Shown here piece after piece: positions 28,928 through 45,447 of a stretch of 64,000 nt of DNA. The stretch spans positions 1-64,000 of the forward strand of contig CALSCP010002497.1 of NCBI GenBank assembly GCA_943704425.1. Direction: 5' to 3'. The DNA is from Ministeria vibrans ATCC 50519. Taxonomy: Eukaryota; Protista; Filasterea. Below the pieces are notes generated by a model that worked only from the letters and a program-made list of their open reading frames with translations, had not been told where the DNA came from and ran no database searches. The position numbers and the translations under genes are program-made. Position 1 is the stretch's first letter. Every line of letters begins with the position of its first letter.

Positions 28928-31900
28928 GATTATTATTATGATTATTATTATTATTATTATGATTGTCATGATTATTATGATTATTATGATTATTATGATT
29001 ATTGCTATTATTATTTTTATGACTATTATATTATTATTATTATTATTCATGTTTTTCTTAGAGCACATCAGGCCAAGTCGGGACGGGTATTTTCGGATGA
29101 TGAGCGACGGCGGATGTTTGAAGAGGATGGAGAGGAATTGGAGAGTGAAGATGGACGACAGCAAGACGAGACTGTGACGACACGCGTGGCTGTCGATGAC
29201 GGGTCGTCGTCGATTGCGGCGCGCACCGAACGCTCGTTTGATCGGCGTCAATTGTTCATGCACGAGGACGACGACGACGAAGGTGGCGATGGCGATGGGT
29301 ACGACGAAGATGACGAAGAGGACGACGACGAGGACGACGATTACGACTATGACGATGAAGACGACGAGGACGAGTTGTACGACGAGGACGATCTGGACGA
29401 GGAGGAGGAGGACGATGACGAAGATGACGACTACGACTATGACGACTCGAACGAGGATGACATCAAGAGTAGCGATGCCATTTCGAGTGGTGTGGGCGGC
29501 GCGAGCGAGGGAACGAGCGGTTTTGGTATGGAGGGTGCGAGCGAACGGGGCGGATTGCGAGGGTCGCGTCGTCGGCGGACGGCGCACTCAGTGCGCAACG
29601 AAGGCAGCGAGTACATCGAGATGGACGTGTTGTCGCGCAACAGCTCTGAGAATGACCTGCTTCGACGCGAGGCCGAGGATGAAATTGGTGACTTGCAGCC
29701 GCGACCAGCCATGTCATTGCGTGGTGCGAAACGACGCAAGCGCTCGCGCAATCGCATCAAGTTTTCTATTGATGCGCCCTCGTCGCTGAGTCTCACGCCT
29801 AACCACACTGCGGCTGACTTTTCCGACGCGGCCATTGACACGTCGCGCACGGCCCCCACGACACTGTCGGCCGCCATCTTGTCAGGGACCCTCTCGGCCG
29901 AGTACCAGGCGAGTCTCAAGGCGGCCAACATTGCGGCAATGCTGCCCATCCACAAGGTCGAGTGGACCAGCATGACAGTGGTGGGCATTTTGGAGCGACT
30001 TACGGCGGACACACTCGTGTCAGGAGCCCGCGCCGTCTTCAGCATGGAGGGTGTGCGTTTGAGCGGCTCGCGCCGAAGTGACGAGCAATCTCTTGATGCC
30101 GACGCACCGCTGACGCTCGATCCGGTGCGTCCTCGCGAGCCAGTCACACCCACATCCAAGGTGCGCGTCACCAAGACGGCACTGGTGACCATTTCCACTG
30201 TGGGCTTCCAGGTGATTCGTGTGGTTGACGCCCAAATCATGGCTGTGCTGCTTGTGCCCATGATCGAGGGCTCGTTTGGCCAGGCGACCATTGGCGATGG
30301 AGACGGTCACACGGCGCAAACACTCGTGGTGCGCTGGAAGTCATTCACGCTACGTGTGCCCCAGGAGATCTCGTCGGTTGCCCATCTTGCTGTGCGATGG
30401 CGACGTGCATTTCGCTCGTGGTCGTTGCGTCGTCGCGAACAACGCGAAGAAGTCAACCAACTGAAGGAGTTCAAGCAAATGCAGTACGAGCTGTTGCGAC
30501 AGCAGCGCGAACAGAATCGCCAACGTCGTCGCAGCAAGATTGCTGGTGACGTGCTTTCGACAGATCACCTGCCGACTCTTGGAAGTGCCGACAGTACCGT
30601 GCTTGGTGGTGATGGTGGTGGTGGTGCCGGTGTGTGGCGAGTGAGCGACCAAACGCCAGCGTCCCGTGCAAACGAACAGCACGCGCCGGTGGTTGTGTCG
30701 GAGATGTTGAATGCGGCACGAACGTCCGTCGAGCACTTCAACTTTGTGTACGTTCTGCTTCCAAGCATCAAATTTGCGGCACATCCGATTCCGTCGCTTG
30801 TCGTTGCCTATGAGATTGATCGCGTTGGCGTACTCGTGCGAAGCTCGTCCGATGGCATTGACGACGCCCGTGTTGATGTGCGCCAGCACAAGATGTTCTT
30901 GCAGACGTTGCAAAAGGGCTCGCGTCGCACACCGACCGTGTTGCCACTGCCACGCCTCCTTGGCGATTGCAAGGTCGTCGAACCGCGTGGTCGTCTGCTT
31001 CTTGGTCAACCGGATGGCTTGCATGCCGCGCTCACGCGCACCGTGCTAGGTACGGTTCACGTACGCTCCTTCCGCATTTCTTTGTCGGTGACTACCGTGA
31101 ACCATTTGATGCACGCTCAAGCGTTGCTTGTCAAGGACATTGACAAACTGTTTGAGACACTCTCGGAGCTGAGAGAGGAGCCGCCCCATCGCGCGAACGT
31201 TGGGAACATGTCGGGCGACGACGAGGAGTCGGCTTACAAGAGCCCTCGCGGCACGTCGACTACGGCAAGCTCACGCTCGATTGGCGGCCGTCCCTCTACG
31301 CCTGTCGATGTTCATTCTGACAGTGCCGCGCCGAGTGCGAGCGGTGTGCCTCCTTCACCTGCTGCTGGCGATTCGGCTGACGTGAACGTGCCAGCAGAGA
31401 GACGACGCATTGCAGTTGACTATCGCTTTTGTCTGTTCCTTCAGGGGATCGACATTGGCTGTGTGTCACCTATCGCGGTGGTCTCCTTCTCGACAGGCAA
31501 GATCAAAGTGTCGCTGGGCGCTACCAGCTCGGGCTACGCGCTCTACCGTGATCACTTGGTGGCTGCTGAGCTGTCAGATTCCCAACCCGCCTCGGGACTG
31601 GTGGGTGGGCCTTTGCAGCGGACACTGACGGACCTGTCAACATACGGCATGCCTCCCATTGTTGTGAACAAGGGTGCGGAGCGTGGTAGTATGGATAACA
31701 GAGATGCCGAACGCTGTGGCAGCAGTGGAGGAGCGGCGAGCAGCTCCAGTGGTGGTGGCAGTGGTGTCGCGGGTAGTCTACTTGACGCTGCCGCCGCCCT
31801 TTTGTCACCTCGCTCTGCTTCGGGTAGCATTCGCAGTGGCGCCAGAGGTGTCGGAGGTGGACCGGGAAGCCGTGGTGCTGGTGCTGGTGGTGGTGATACA

Positions 31901-34900
31901 GCTGAAGCGATTCGCTCAATCCCTGTTGGTGCGTCGTCGTCCGGTGGTGGTACTGTTGCGAGTGGTGGCTCGGGCAACGGCCGTGGCAGTGGCGAGGGAC
32001 TCATGGGCACCGCGACCTCGTTACCTCTGCTTGCAACGCCCTCGGTCGACGCCATGGCCACGAGTGGTCTTGGCGTGAGTTTTGGACAGGTGTTTGTGGC
32101 GCGCGTTGATGAAGACTTGCTGCCGAGCATGGCGAGTGTGGACAACCCGCCGCCAGTCGTGTCGGGTCCATCGTGGACATTTTTGGAGCAAAATTCTGCT
32201 CGCTGGAGCGCCTTCGTTGACGTTCTCGTCTCTCTTCGCTGTGGCGGCGATCCCGTTGCAACCATTAACGCTGATATGATTGCAGGGGAAGCGCGCATTC
32301 GCACGACCGTTGTTCTTGAGAATGATTCGATGGCAACCCTCTCTTCCACATCATCACCATCGCCGCCACCACCACCACCGCCGCCGCCGCCACCACCACC
32401 GCAGCCATCATCATCATCATCGTCACAGCAGCATCACCATCAACAACATCATCATCACCAGTATCACCGTCAACAACAACAACAACAACATCAGCAGCAG
32501 CAGCAGCAACGTGAGAGTGGGACAAAGAAGCGACGTGACTCGTCTGCCGCCAGTCGCTACCTTGGTCGTGTATTTGGCTTTCGTATGGCCAGCGGCCGAC
32601 GCGCCGCGGGATCGACCACGGCCGCCGAGCGCGGTCCCATGATGCACTTGGTGCGCGTGCAGGACACGTACATTGTGGCCTCGACATCGACCGTGGATCG
32701 TGGCATGCGCTTTGCTCTCTTCTTTCGCAATGCCTATGAACACTTTAATGCGCAACACATGTCAAATGATGCGGTGCGCAATGCCCGTCGGCGGGTTGTT
32801 CGTTCGACGATGGACTTGCGACGAGCACATCGCTCTGCAGAACGACGCCGTGGAGAACAACGTCACGACTCAGCGCGCGACGGTTCGTCAGCGACCGGCT
32901 CGCCACCCTCTGCCAGTGCCAGTGCCAGTGCCAGTGCAAGCGCTTCCGAGGCCTTTCTGAGTCGCCACAAGGGACACGCATCATCGTCTTTGACCACGCC
33001 TGTGTCTGCACCCTGGTTTGCCCCTGCCGCTCCACCGCCGCCGAAATCGTCGTCAACAAGCAACAAGACGCATGAGACACCACGACGTGTCGCGTGGCTG
33101 CGTGTCGAGGTGCGACGTCTCGCCATTGCCGTGCCTCTTTTCTACGATGACGCCTCGGCACTCACCATGAATCCACCGTCAGCGCTGGTTCTCACGGTGA
33201 AGACTGCGGGTCTCAATGTGAGCGGCCACGATGGCAGCTTTGGCATGCTTGACAATTTCCTATTGCGATTTGATCCGAATTTTGACCTTGCATCACCCAA
33301 GTTTTTGTGGGAGCTCTCGTCCGAGGCGCTCATCACGTCCAAAGTGCGCAACGTTGCCATCATCGATCGTGGCCAGCTCAAGATTGTGTCGAAGACAATC
33401 AAAAGTGCGTCACAGGACACGTTTGCGCCTTCAACCACTGATGGCGATGCTACAACAGCACCACCGCTCGTGAATGTGATGGACAATGTTGAGACAGATC
33501 AGGCACGCATCGCCGTGCAACTTGTCATGTCGGGCCTCAACTTGCATCTCGATGCGACAGTGCGCACCCATTTGGAGTTTGTGGTGAGTTCGCTGACTCA
33601 TCTCTCCAGCAGCGAATCTCAGGCGGCCCGCGAGCAGGCCGCTGCGCACGGACTCAAGGACAATGTCGAGGCAGAGCGACGTTCGATTGAGACTATTCCG
33701 GAAGCAAACGAGGTGGCGGCTGCTGGTCGCCAGACACACGGGGTTGCAGCAGCCGATGCTACTGCTGTCGGCGGTGAGGCGTTTTCTACTGGACCCCTTT
33801 CGTCACGCTCACGACACAATTCGAAACTGGCGGGCACTCGGCATCATGCTGGCTCGCTCACACGACTCCCGCCTATTCTGAGTAAGAGAAGTCGCTTTTT
33901 ACGCCAATCACGTCGTCGCGACAGCTTCCTCTCGACGGCATCGCACGCTCCGACGGCACTGGCAACAGATGTACCTTCCACCGCAGCGACCTCCACGACC
34001 ATGTCGACCGGAGCCTCGGCGCCCATTCTAAGCGGCACATTCTCGCCGAGTATGTCAGACAGCAGTGATGCAACATGGCGTCGCTCGAGTACCGTGCAAA
34101 AGCAGGTGTCTCAAATCCAATTGCACTATGTGATCGACGTGAGTTTGACCATCGAGTCGGGGCGTGCAGTGCTTCATTGTTGCGAAAGGGAGCCGCAGGC
34201 GGCAGCACCAACCGCCACGACGGCTAAAACGTTCTTGTCGGTTGGCCATGCGCCACCGAGTCGTCGTACGTCCGTCTTGACTACTTCCAATTCGAATGCG
34301 TCCGCCAGTCTGGATGGGCAATCGACTTCATCGACGGGTGGGGGCACCGCTGGCGGTGGGACAGACGACGAGAATTCTCTTGCTGACATGCGATTCACTG
34401 AGTTTATCGTGCCACGCATCGGCTGTCACTTTAACTACCAATCGCTCGAGTCGGAGCTGCACGCCGATCTTCTTATTGGCAGCATGGGCGATGAGGTGAA
34501 AGTACAACCGCACCTGTTGGAGTTTATTGAAGAGGTTTTGGCGCTGCGAGGTGCCGCTGCGGCTCAGGTGCGACGTACACGGGCTGTTTCGCGAGCGAGT
34601 TCCATTCGCGAGTCGATTGCGAGCCACAGACGTCTGTCGGTCGAGCAGCAACGTCAGTTGCAGTTGGAGGCGGAAGAAGCGAAACGATCGGAGCTGATGA
34701 CACCAGCAATGCAACGTACTGAGTCGATGGCACGTCAACAAGAACATGGAGGGAAGCGCGGCCCGACGACGTTGGCGGTGACGGGGTCGGCGAGACCATC
34801 AGAGATTGCACAGACGCTTGGCGAAGCGGGTCTCTCGCCTGTGTCGGTGCGTCGTCTGTTGCAGATGCGAGGACTTGCTGGAGCACCCAAGGCTGGTGCG

Positions 34901-37900
34901 ACTGACTCGACCTTGTTGTCACCGCTTTCGTCGTCGCTGTCGTCACGCCCGTCATCAGGTCGAGGTCCTCCGGCGCCCGTGTTCACCGTCACGCCCCCAA
35001 CCGCGGCTGGCAAGTCGGCGGACACCGATGCAAAGGTTGAAATGGAGGCAGGCGAGCGCACGTTGTCTCGTTCGACGAGCTTTCAGGGTTCCGACTGTGG
35101 TGGGGATGGTGAACGGGGTGCGGGCGAAGAGTTGGAGGAGGATGAGGAGGTGACTGCGCTGTCGAGCATGAGTGATTGGAGCCTGAAGTTGAGCGTGAGT
35201 GTGCGACTGATGCCAATCAAGTTTGTGGTGAGCTGTGGTGCGACGAGCAAGACGGCGTGCACGATTGCCTTGCCCATGGTTCTTGTGATGGGAACGTCAT
35301 CACCGGCACTGCTTGATGCCAACACGGGTGCTCGCATGAGCAACAGCAAGCAAACGGTGACGTGCCTGCTCAGCGGCTTCTCCGTTGCCCTGCAGCACCC
35401 TTATGCGAATGGCCCGGCGCTGCGTGTTGTCATGCACAGTATTACGATGAACATGACACGCACCAAGTTGCCAACGGGACGACTGGTCTTTTCGGTGCTG
35501 GGCGATGCGGAGGACATTGTGTTGGCAGGCAATGTGCAGCAGATGGATGAGATGGTTGAGTTTCGCCGTGTCTGGCTTGAGAGCCATCTGCTGAAGAAGA
35601 TGTTTGCGGTGGACGAGACTAGTAATGCAAACACTGACGGGGTGGTTGGCGCGACCTCTGCGGAATCTGTGCCGTTAGGGCAACGACCTCGGTCGCGGTC
35701 GCACCTCACGCTGTATAAGTTAGATGGTGGCGTGAGCACCGACGATGAAGACGAAAAGAGGAGGAAGAAGAAGGTACAGAAGGAGGACGGAGGAGAAGCG
35801 GGAGAGAGAGTGAATGAATGGGAGGAGGAGGTAGAGAAGGGAGAAGAAGTGAAGGAGGGAGAGGACGAGGAGGGGGAGGAGGAGAAAAAGAAGAAGAAGA
35901 AGGAAAAGGAAAAGGATGTAGACGAGGACGACGGTCGACCTGTCTTGCTGATTATGGTGCGCCTTCGTGAGTTGCGCGTGGAGACTAATCTTGGCCCTCA
36001 GCTGGGCACGTCGACTATTGTGCGATTGCGGCAGATTGTGGGACAGGGACAACACTTGTTGACTGGCGATCGAGCAGTGGCGCTCAACTTTGGCATTGGG
36101 GACATTGCGCTGGGGAGTGATGGTACACAGCTGAGTGGCGAGGTGACCATTGAGACGGTGCGCCTGACCATGTTCCATCGCCACGCTGTGCCCGACGCGG
36201 CATTTGAACTGCAGACGGTGAGGGGTTCTCCTGTGTCTGTTGCTGGCGTCAATGCGTCGACGTCGACGGACAAGAAGACATCAGCGGACAATGCCACGGA
36301 TCATCGACGCACTGCTTCGGATAGTGGCACTGCTACTACCGTTGATGCTGCGGAGGCACGAGATGGCGAGTCGACTGGAACTCCTCCGCCGACGGCACCA
36401 CGGGGCAGCGTGACCAAGGCACGCGAGCGCTGGTGTCTAAACCGCTACAATGCAATGGTGAGCAAGGTCAATGTGCGCTTGGCACACAACCGCGTTCCCA
36501 TGCTCGTGGTGGCGCTGGACAATGTGACCTGTGGATTTTGGGACTCGTGGCCCATTGTGCCACTCCATGTGCCGCCACCGTTGCGTGCGTGTGTGGTGAC
36601 GGGCGAGGCGGGTCTTGGCCAGGCGTCGGTGATTGTGAGTCGCGAGACAGCGCCTGCCGGCATGGCGGTACTGTTCCGCGTGCGCGAGCAGATTTCTGAA
36701 GTGAAGCGCAAGCTTGTGACGATGAAACCAGCATTTAAGGTGCGCGGTGCGGGCACTGGCGGTGGCGGAGCTGGTGCGTCGCTGGGGAGGCACACTACGA
36801 GTCGTGTCGGCGACGAGCCATCTTTGACGACTCACTCACATGGTGGTGGGGGAGCACTGCTGCAAGTGCCTGGTGGTGCAGCGGGGACAACGGCGGCTGG
36901 GACCATCACGAGTTCGGGCGACACTTTGGAGGAGCTTAAGCAGCTCAAGTACCAGCCGGTCCTGTCGGTGGGGGTGCCGGCAAAGTCTGTTCAGGGAACG
37001 GTGCGTGTGCGCTGCGGCACCATCACCGTGGCGTGTTTCAACCAGTGCTTCAACGACGTTTCGTGGCTGCTCGTTCACATAACAGGCTGGCATGTGCGCT
37101 ACCACCGTGTGCCGCTGATCGCACAGGCGACGGGTGTGCGTCAGCGTGTGCGTATCACGCTGGGTGACATCAACGGCGAGAACCCCACAGCTCACGAGGC
37201 GGCGACCGTGTCACAGATTCAGGTTAGCGATGAGAGAGAAAAGACGTCTTTATTTTTAGAAGAATGTATCTTAATTCTGTCTTTGTGTCTGTATGTCTGA
37301 CTTTGTGTGTGTGTGTTTCTCTGTAGATTGCGAAGAACGCCACGCGAGCAGACGCGAGTGTGGACGAGTGGCTTGAGTTGATTAACGCACGGGCGGCGTC
37401 CAAGTCGACCGTGTTTTCGATTCCGGGGCTGGTGATGCGCGTTGAGTCATACTCGCCGTCGCTCGCAGCCGTTGTCTATGTGAACCTTGTTTCGGAGTTT
37501 AGTGGCCCGCTTGGTGTGACGGTCGCCGTGGACTTGTATGCGTTTCTGCGGGCGACAGCGGATGCGTATGTAGACGAGGTGAAGGCGCGACACAAGAAGG
37601 CCCAGAGTCTGTGGCAGTCTGGCACGCACAAGGTCAAAGGTATCAATCTGTTCCGCAATCTCAAGTCGCTGCAACGATCGGCATCAACGAGTGCGGACGA
37701 GGCGGACGCGAAGGCAGCGGCAAACAAGAAGAAGAGGGAGGAAGATGATGAAGAGGCAGTCGCAGCGGCGGTAGCGCGCGCCGAGCGCGTTTTCCACACC
37801 AAGCAGTTTGTCTTTGCACCCGACATTCGATTGACGGCATACCAAGCAGGTGCGTCTTGACCATTTTTTTTTAATAATAATGATAATAATTAATCTAATT

Positions 37901-38075
37901 ATGTTTTTGTTTAGGAACGATTTTGCGACCGGACATTAGTTGGGTGATGCAGCGCCTGAAGATTGGCGATGCACGCGCGAGTCTTCCGCGTGTGGTCCAT
38001 CTCGGTTCGATTGATGTCTTTGAGAAGGTCATCTGTTTGTTGGGCAAGGTTTCCTTGTATGAGAAGCCCGTGTAA
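19540..38075 (+). CDS. BLTP1: Bridge-like lipid transfer protein BLTP1/KIAA1109/Csf1/Tweek, ~5,908 aa; exons 19540-19887, 20165-20206, 20309-28800, 29062-37222, 37327-37849, 37915-38075
   Basis: N-terminal TM and Csf1-like start (FYNSQIVALIL...INLLGGKIQFRGLHY...GYLLIRYW...IHMYN). Internal motifs are ICYGPHENRLRALLQSFL, PLQWNGSRVW and LRDNYFGD. The C-terminus PDISWVMQRLKIGDARASLPRVVHLGSIDVFEKV resembles the KIAA1109 end. The six exons join in frame (17,727 nt). Confidence 0.9.
28825..29047. repeat. (TTA)n/(TGA)n trinucleotide microsatellite filling BLTP1 intron 3
   Basis: Read directly; it is the source of the poly-Ile and poly-Leu pseudo-ORFs. Confidence 0.95.
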
Positions 38076-38603
38076 AATGTAGTATTAGTGTGTTTGTTTA
38101 CATAGAGTATTCATTTTGGGGTATATTATGATGATGAGTGTTATTATAATTATGTTATTATAATGATGCAAGTGTGCCCGTATCCCTAAAGTTTGTTTGT
38201 TTCTTATGCTCTCCTGTTAATTTGTATTAGCCGTCTGTGAGATTGAGAGTAAGTTGATATTATTTGACCTTGATCCAGTTAGAGTAGTGGAAGTAATGTT
38301 CTTTTCTCTGAGTCTCTTTAACCAAGGAAACAACTTCAAAAAAATGTCACAAGTTTGAGTCTTGAATGAACACTGAAAATGAAATAAAAGTCTCGTCAAG
38401 AAGTCTACGACTCTGCAGTCTACGGCGGAAGTAATAAGTATCAAGTTACTCAAGTATTGTGTTGCTCTTTGTTTTGATAATGTCTTGTTTTGTTTGACAT
38501 TGAAGTACATCTCTCAATTATTTGTTTATGAGTAAACTTCATTTATTCCTATTTCTTATTTAAAATAATTTTTTTTTGTCTCTCTCTCTCTCTTTGGGCT
38601 AGT

Positions 38604-41476
<2,873 letters not shown>

Positions 41477-41607
41477 ACCCGTCCCTTCAGTGAACAGCAA
41501 TAGAAAAAAAAACAAAAAAACAAAAAAAACAGAAAAATACTTTCGGTTCTTTATTTTAAATTGTACTCAAAAAGAAAAAAAAAAGAGAAGGAGAAGCAAG
41601 AAGGTAT

Positions 41608-42806
41608 TTAAATGAGCTTCTTGGAGGCAAAGAAACGCTTAAGGTAGTAGACCTGCCAGAAGGCAAGGGCGAGAAGACAGCCCATGCTGAAAGCAGTGAA
41701 GTAGAAGACGCGCTCCGTCGTCGACTTGTTCGTGTCTCGCATCTGCTCTTCGCGCTTTTGCATGTACAGGAAACTTGCTACAATTGACGTGGAAAAGTCT
41801 GTACCAAAACAAGACAGAGTAAGAAATGCGCGTTGGGTCTTGCCATTTATATGCTGCGGAGTCACCTTCAAGACGCTTCAGTTCCATTTCGAGAGGTTGC
41901 AGCTTCTCGACGACGGCCAGTTCGTTGTAGTCGCGTGCCTCGACACCTTCGTTGGTCACAAAGGTAATGGGCATCATCACCTGTTGGCTCTTGTCTGTTT
42001 GGAAGACAGAGTAGAGAGAGAGAAGGCACGACAAGTTGACACGATGATCACTCTGTTAAATTTCTGTCCAACCTGCCAACTCTTCGTATTCGGCGGTAAA
42101 GCACGCCTCGTACACATCAAAGTCGTCGGGAGTGTACGCAATCTTCCCTTCCTGTTGCCGTAAAGTCTTTTTGTACACCGTGTGGTGCTTCTGATCGGTG
42201 ATCTGCAACGGAGTGAGTCAGACGCAGACGCATGAACATGACGACGACGATACTGCGGCTGCTTACGTGGATGCGAATGATCACGCCAGTCTGCGGTTTG
42301 GTTTTGTAAGTGTGGACAACCAGGGCATTCGGGTGAACCTGAGAGAGAAGGAGAGACGCACAGAGGGAGAGATGTGATCAATGATAAAACGATTGCTTTG
42401 AGCGAGATTCTGCGCGGTTAAAGCTCGATTTTGTAGTGTCATGGTAGAGATTAGGAAAGCACACATGGGCGGCGGAGGTGAGAGGAAGACCAAACGTGGC
42501 AAAAGTGTCGTTGAGAAAAAAAAAAGCATAATATGCAGAAAAGACGGAAAGAGAAAGAAGATGACGACTGGCGGAGGGGAAGACGGTAAGAAGAGGGTAC
42601 GCCTCATTCCGAGAGAGAAAGCGCGGGAGGGAGAAAGAGAACGGGGACGCGGAGAGAGACGAGACAAGCGAGAAAGAGATGTGATGGGCGATGTTTACCT
42701 CACGACGGAGACATCTTGTGCCGGGCACTTCAATCTGAAACGATACTTCTGACCCTAAGGCTTCGTGGAGAACAGCTAGCAACAGAACGAAGCAAATAAG
42801 TCGCAT
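41608..42806 (-). CDS. TMED10: p24-delta family cargo receptor (TMED10/Tmp21/Erv25), 5 exons
   Basis: Signal peptide; GOLD-domain cysteines (RCLRRE, YEACF); [25 protein letters not shown]; [12 protein letters not shown]; [16 protein letters not shown]. Confidence 0.93.
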
Positions 42807-42893
42807 AGCGAATGCAAATAACAAAAATGTCTGATCTTTCTAATTTCTATTCATTTTGATCTTTCGCTCTCTTTTGTGCGATCGCGTATCGGT

Positions 42894-45378
42894 ATGCCCA
42901 AGAAGAGCGTGCATGCATCTGTGCAGCCGAATCCGGCTACCCCATCGCGCCCGCCGATGATCACATCTGTTGTTGACGAAGATAATTCGCTTGACGCATT
43001 CGACATTCCGCCCCCCTCTACACGCCGGACACCGCCAAGACGATCGCGTGCGGTACCGCCTCCTGCTGCAAGGAGTAAGGCCGTTGCGAAGCGGAAGCGG
43101 AAGGTTGTGGTTGAGTCTGAGGAAAGCGACAGTGAGAGCGAGATCGAGAGTGACGACAGTGACGAATGGAGTCCAACCGAAAAGCAACAGAGTAGCGCCA
43201 ATGAGGATGAGGATGAGGAGGAGGAGGAGGAGGAGGAGGAGGATGAAGAGGAAGATGGCGTGTTGGATGTTGTTCCCGTGGCCAAGGTGCGACGGCGCAG
43301 TGGAGGCACGGAGAAGAAGAAAGCGGCGCCCACTCGCACCCGCAAACGCGCCAAAACCACACAACCCAAGACGACTACGACTACGGTCACGACGGCTACT
43401 ACTACTACTACTACAACTGCTACTACTACTAGTACTAAGACTGCGGCTCGTACGACGACGAAGGCGAAAGCGCCTGTGGAGGCGAGCGACGAAGACGAGA
43501 GCGACGAGGACATGGCTGGCTTTGAGACGGTCGATGAAGACGACGACACACGCGTTGAGGAGGCACCGCGCGCCGCATTGGAACTGGTTGTGGGCGGGGA
43601 TGGAAGTGGGAAGATGGAATCGCAAGGGAGCCGTGAAGAGAAGCACCGGCAAATGTGGGAGACGTACTTTCGAAGGAAAATCAATCGGTTCGATCGGGAG
43701 CAACATCAACTGGTGCATCGCGTCGGCTTTGTGTGCCACCTCGCCTGGGCGTTGCGTCGTCAACAGCTTGCGTGCAGCGAGAACATTCGCGATGTGCTGG
43801 ACGAGGCACTAGCAGCTCACAAGAGGGAACCACAGGCGCTGACCGCCAGCGATTTAAACAGCGTGACGGAGTGGCTTCGGGCGCGTGTGGTTGTCTCGCC
43901 CGACCCAGTCCCTGTGGTGGAGTACGACGAAATGGAAGCATTGTTGATGTCCGTGGCGATAGGTCTACACGAGAATGACAAGGGGGACAAGAAGAAGAAT
44001 AAGAAGAAGAAGGAGCGTACGAGGGAGCGCATGAGCGTATCATGGGACATGATTGTAACACTCTACCTTGCGTGTCTGCGAGTCGTTGGGTTTCGCGCGC
44101 GTCTCGTGTACAGTATGCATCCGCCACCGTGGCGACAGGCCACCAAGTCCAAGTTGGAAGTGCGCATTGTGAAGCGAGAGTTGTACTTTCGCAATGTGCC
44201 CGCGTCGATCCGGTGTGGAAGAGTGCGAAAGGGGGACGTTGAGGAGAAGGGAGAGAAGGAGGGCGGGAGTGGCGAGGGCGACGATGATGATGATGAAGAG
44301 GAAGAAGATGGTGATGATGAAGAGGAGGAGGAGGAGGAGGAGGAGGAGGAAGCGGCAAAGAAGAGGAAGAGATCGAGGAAGAAGAAAGGGGAGGGAAAAA
44401 AGAAGAATGTATATAACGCGTGGGTTGAAGTCTGGCTCAGAGGTGAATGGTATGCGGTGCAGCCACTGCAAGAGCAGGAGAACGATGATGGAAGTAGCAG
44501 CAGCAGCAGCAGCAGCAGCAGTCGTCATGTTGATGAGGAACTAACGTGTGCACACAAGGACGTTACAGAGATGCTGATCAGCGCGCGGAAACCTGTTGTG
44601 TATGTCGTGGCGGTGGATGCGTCGGGACGTGTGAGCGACGAGACGCAGCGATACGCGACGCAGTGGAGCACAACACATCAGATGCGTGCAGAGGAGACGT
44701 GGGTAAAAGCGACGCTGCGGCCGTGGGAGGCGCGGGAGACGGAAGAGGAGAGGGTGGCACGGGTGGCGCGCGAGATGGATCCGGAACGCGACGCAGTGCG
44801 TCTCGCACAACTCAAGGAGGACATCCTGACGGAGATTGCAGAGATGCGGGGACTTCTTGAGCTGGGAAGGGTGCAGCTGCCCAAGCGCGTGTCCGACTTC
44901 AAGAATCATCCGCAATTTGCATTGCGACGGCACCTGCTCAAGTTTGAGTTTCTGTACCCGTGCGAGCAAGTGGAGTGGTACCAGGCGAACAAGAAGGCAG
45001 AGCGTGAAGCGGTCTTCTTGCGCCGCAGTGTTCAAAAGCTGCACACAGTTGAGCAATGGATCAAAGTAAGGGCGGGGAATGTATTATAGACATTGCGACT
45101 GGGCGCACATGACTCTCTCTCACTCTTCTCTTCTCTTTCATACAGTTGGCGCGGAGCGTCAAAGAGGGAGAGGTTGCTTCGAACATGGTCAAGAGTCATC
45201 CCGACTTTAAGACCAAAGAGGTCAGGATGGTGCCCGTCTATGGAGAGTGGCAGACCGAGCCGTACCGTCGGCCCAGTGCCAAGGTAGAAACAAAAATGAG
45301 AGTTATAACAATAATATATAATCATTATTATATTAATATGACGTCTTGGCTTTCTATTCTCTATGACGTATTTTCTTA

Positions 45379-45447
<69 letters not shown>

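Noticed and set aside
28734-29177. Poly-Ile/Leu/Asn 'membrane' ORFs (also 8181-8372, 45032-45581)
   Set aside because: They are (TTA/AAT)n microsatellites in introns or spacers.
38076-38603. AT-rich non-repetitive spacer with a 97-aa minus-strand ORF (possible TE remnant, organellar insert or snoRNA)
   Set aside because: No terminal repeats, recognisable protein motif or convincing C/D or H/ACA structure; codon usage is unlike the real genes.
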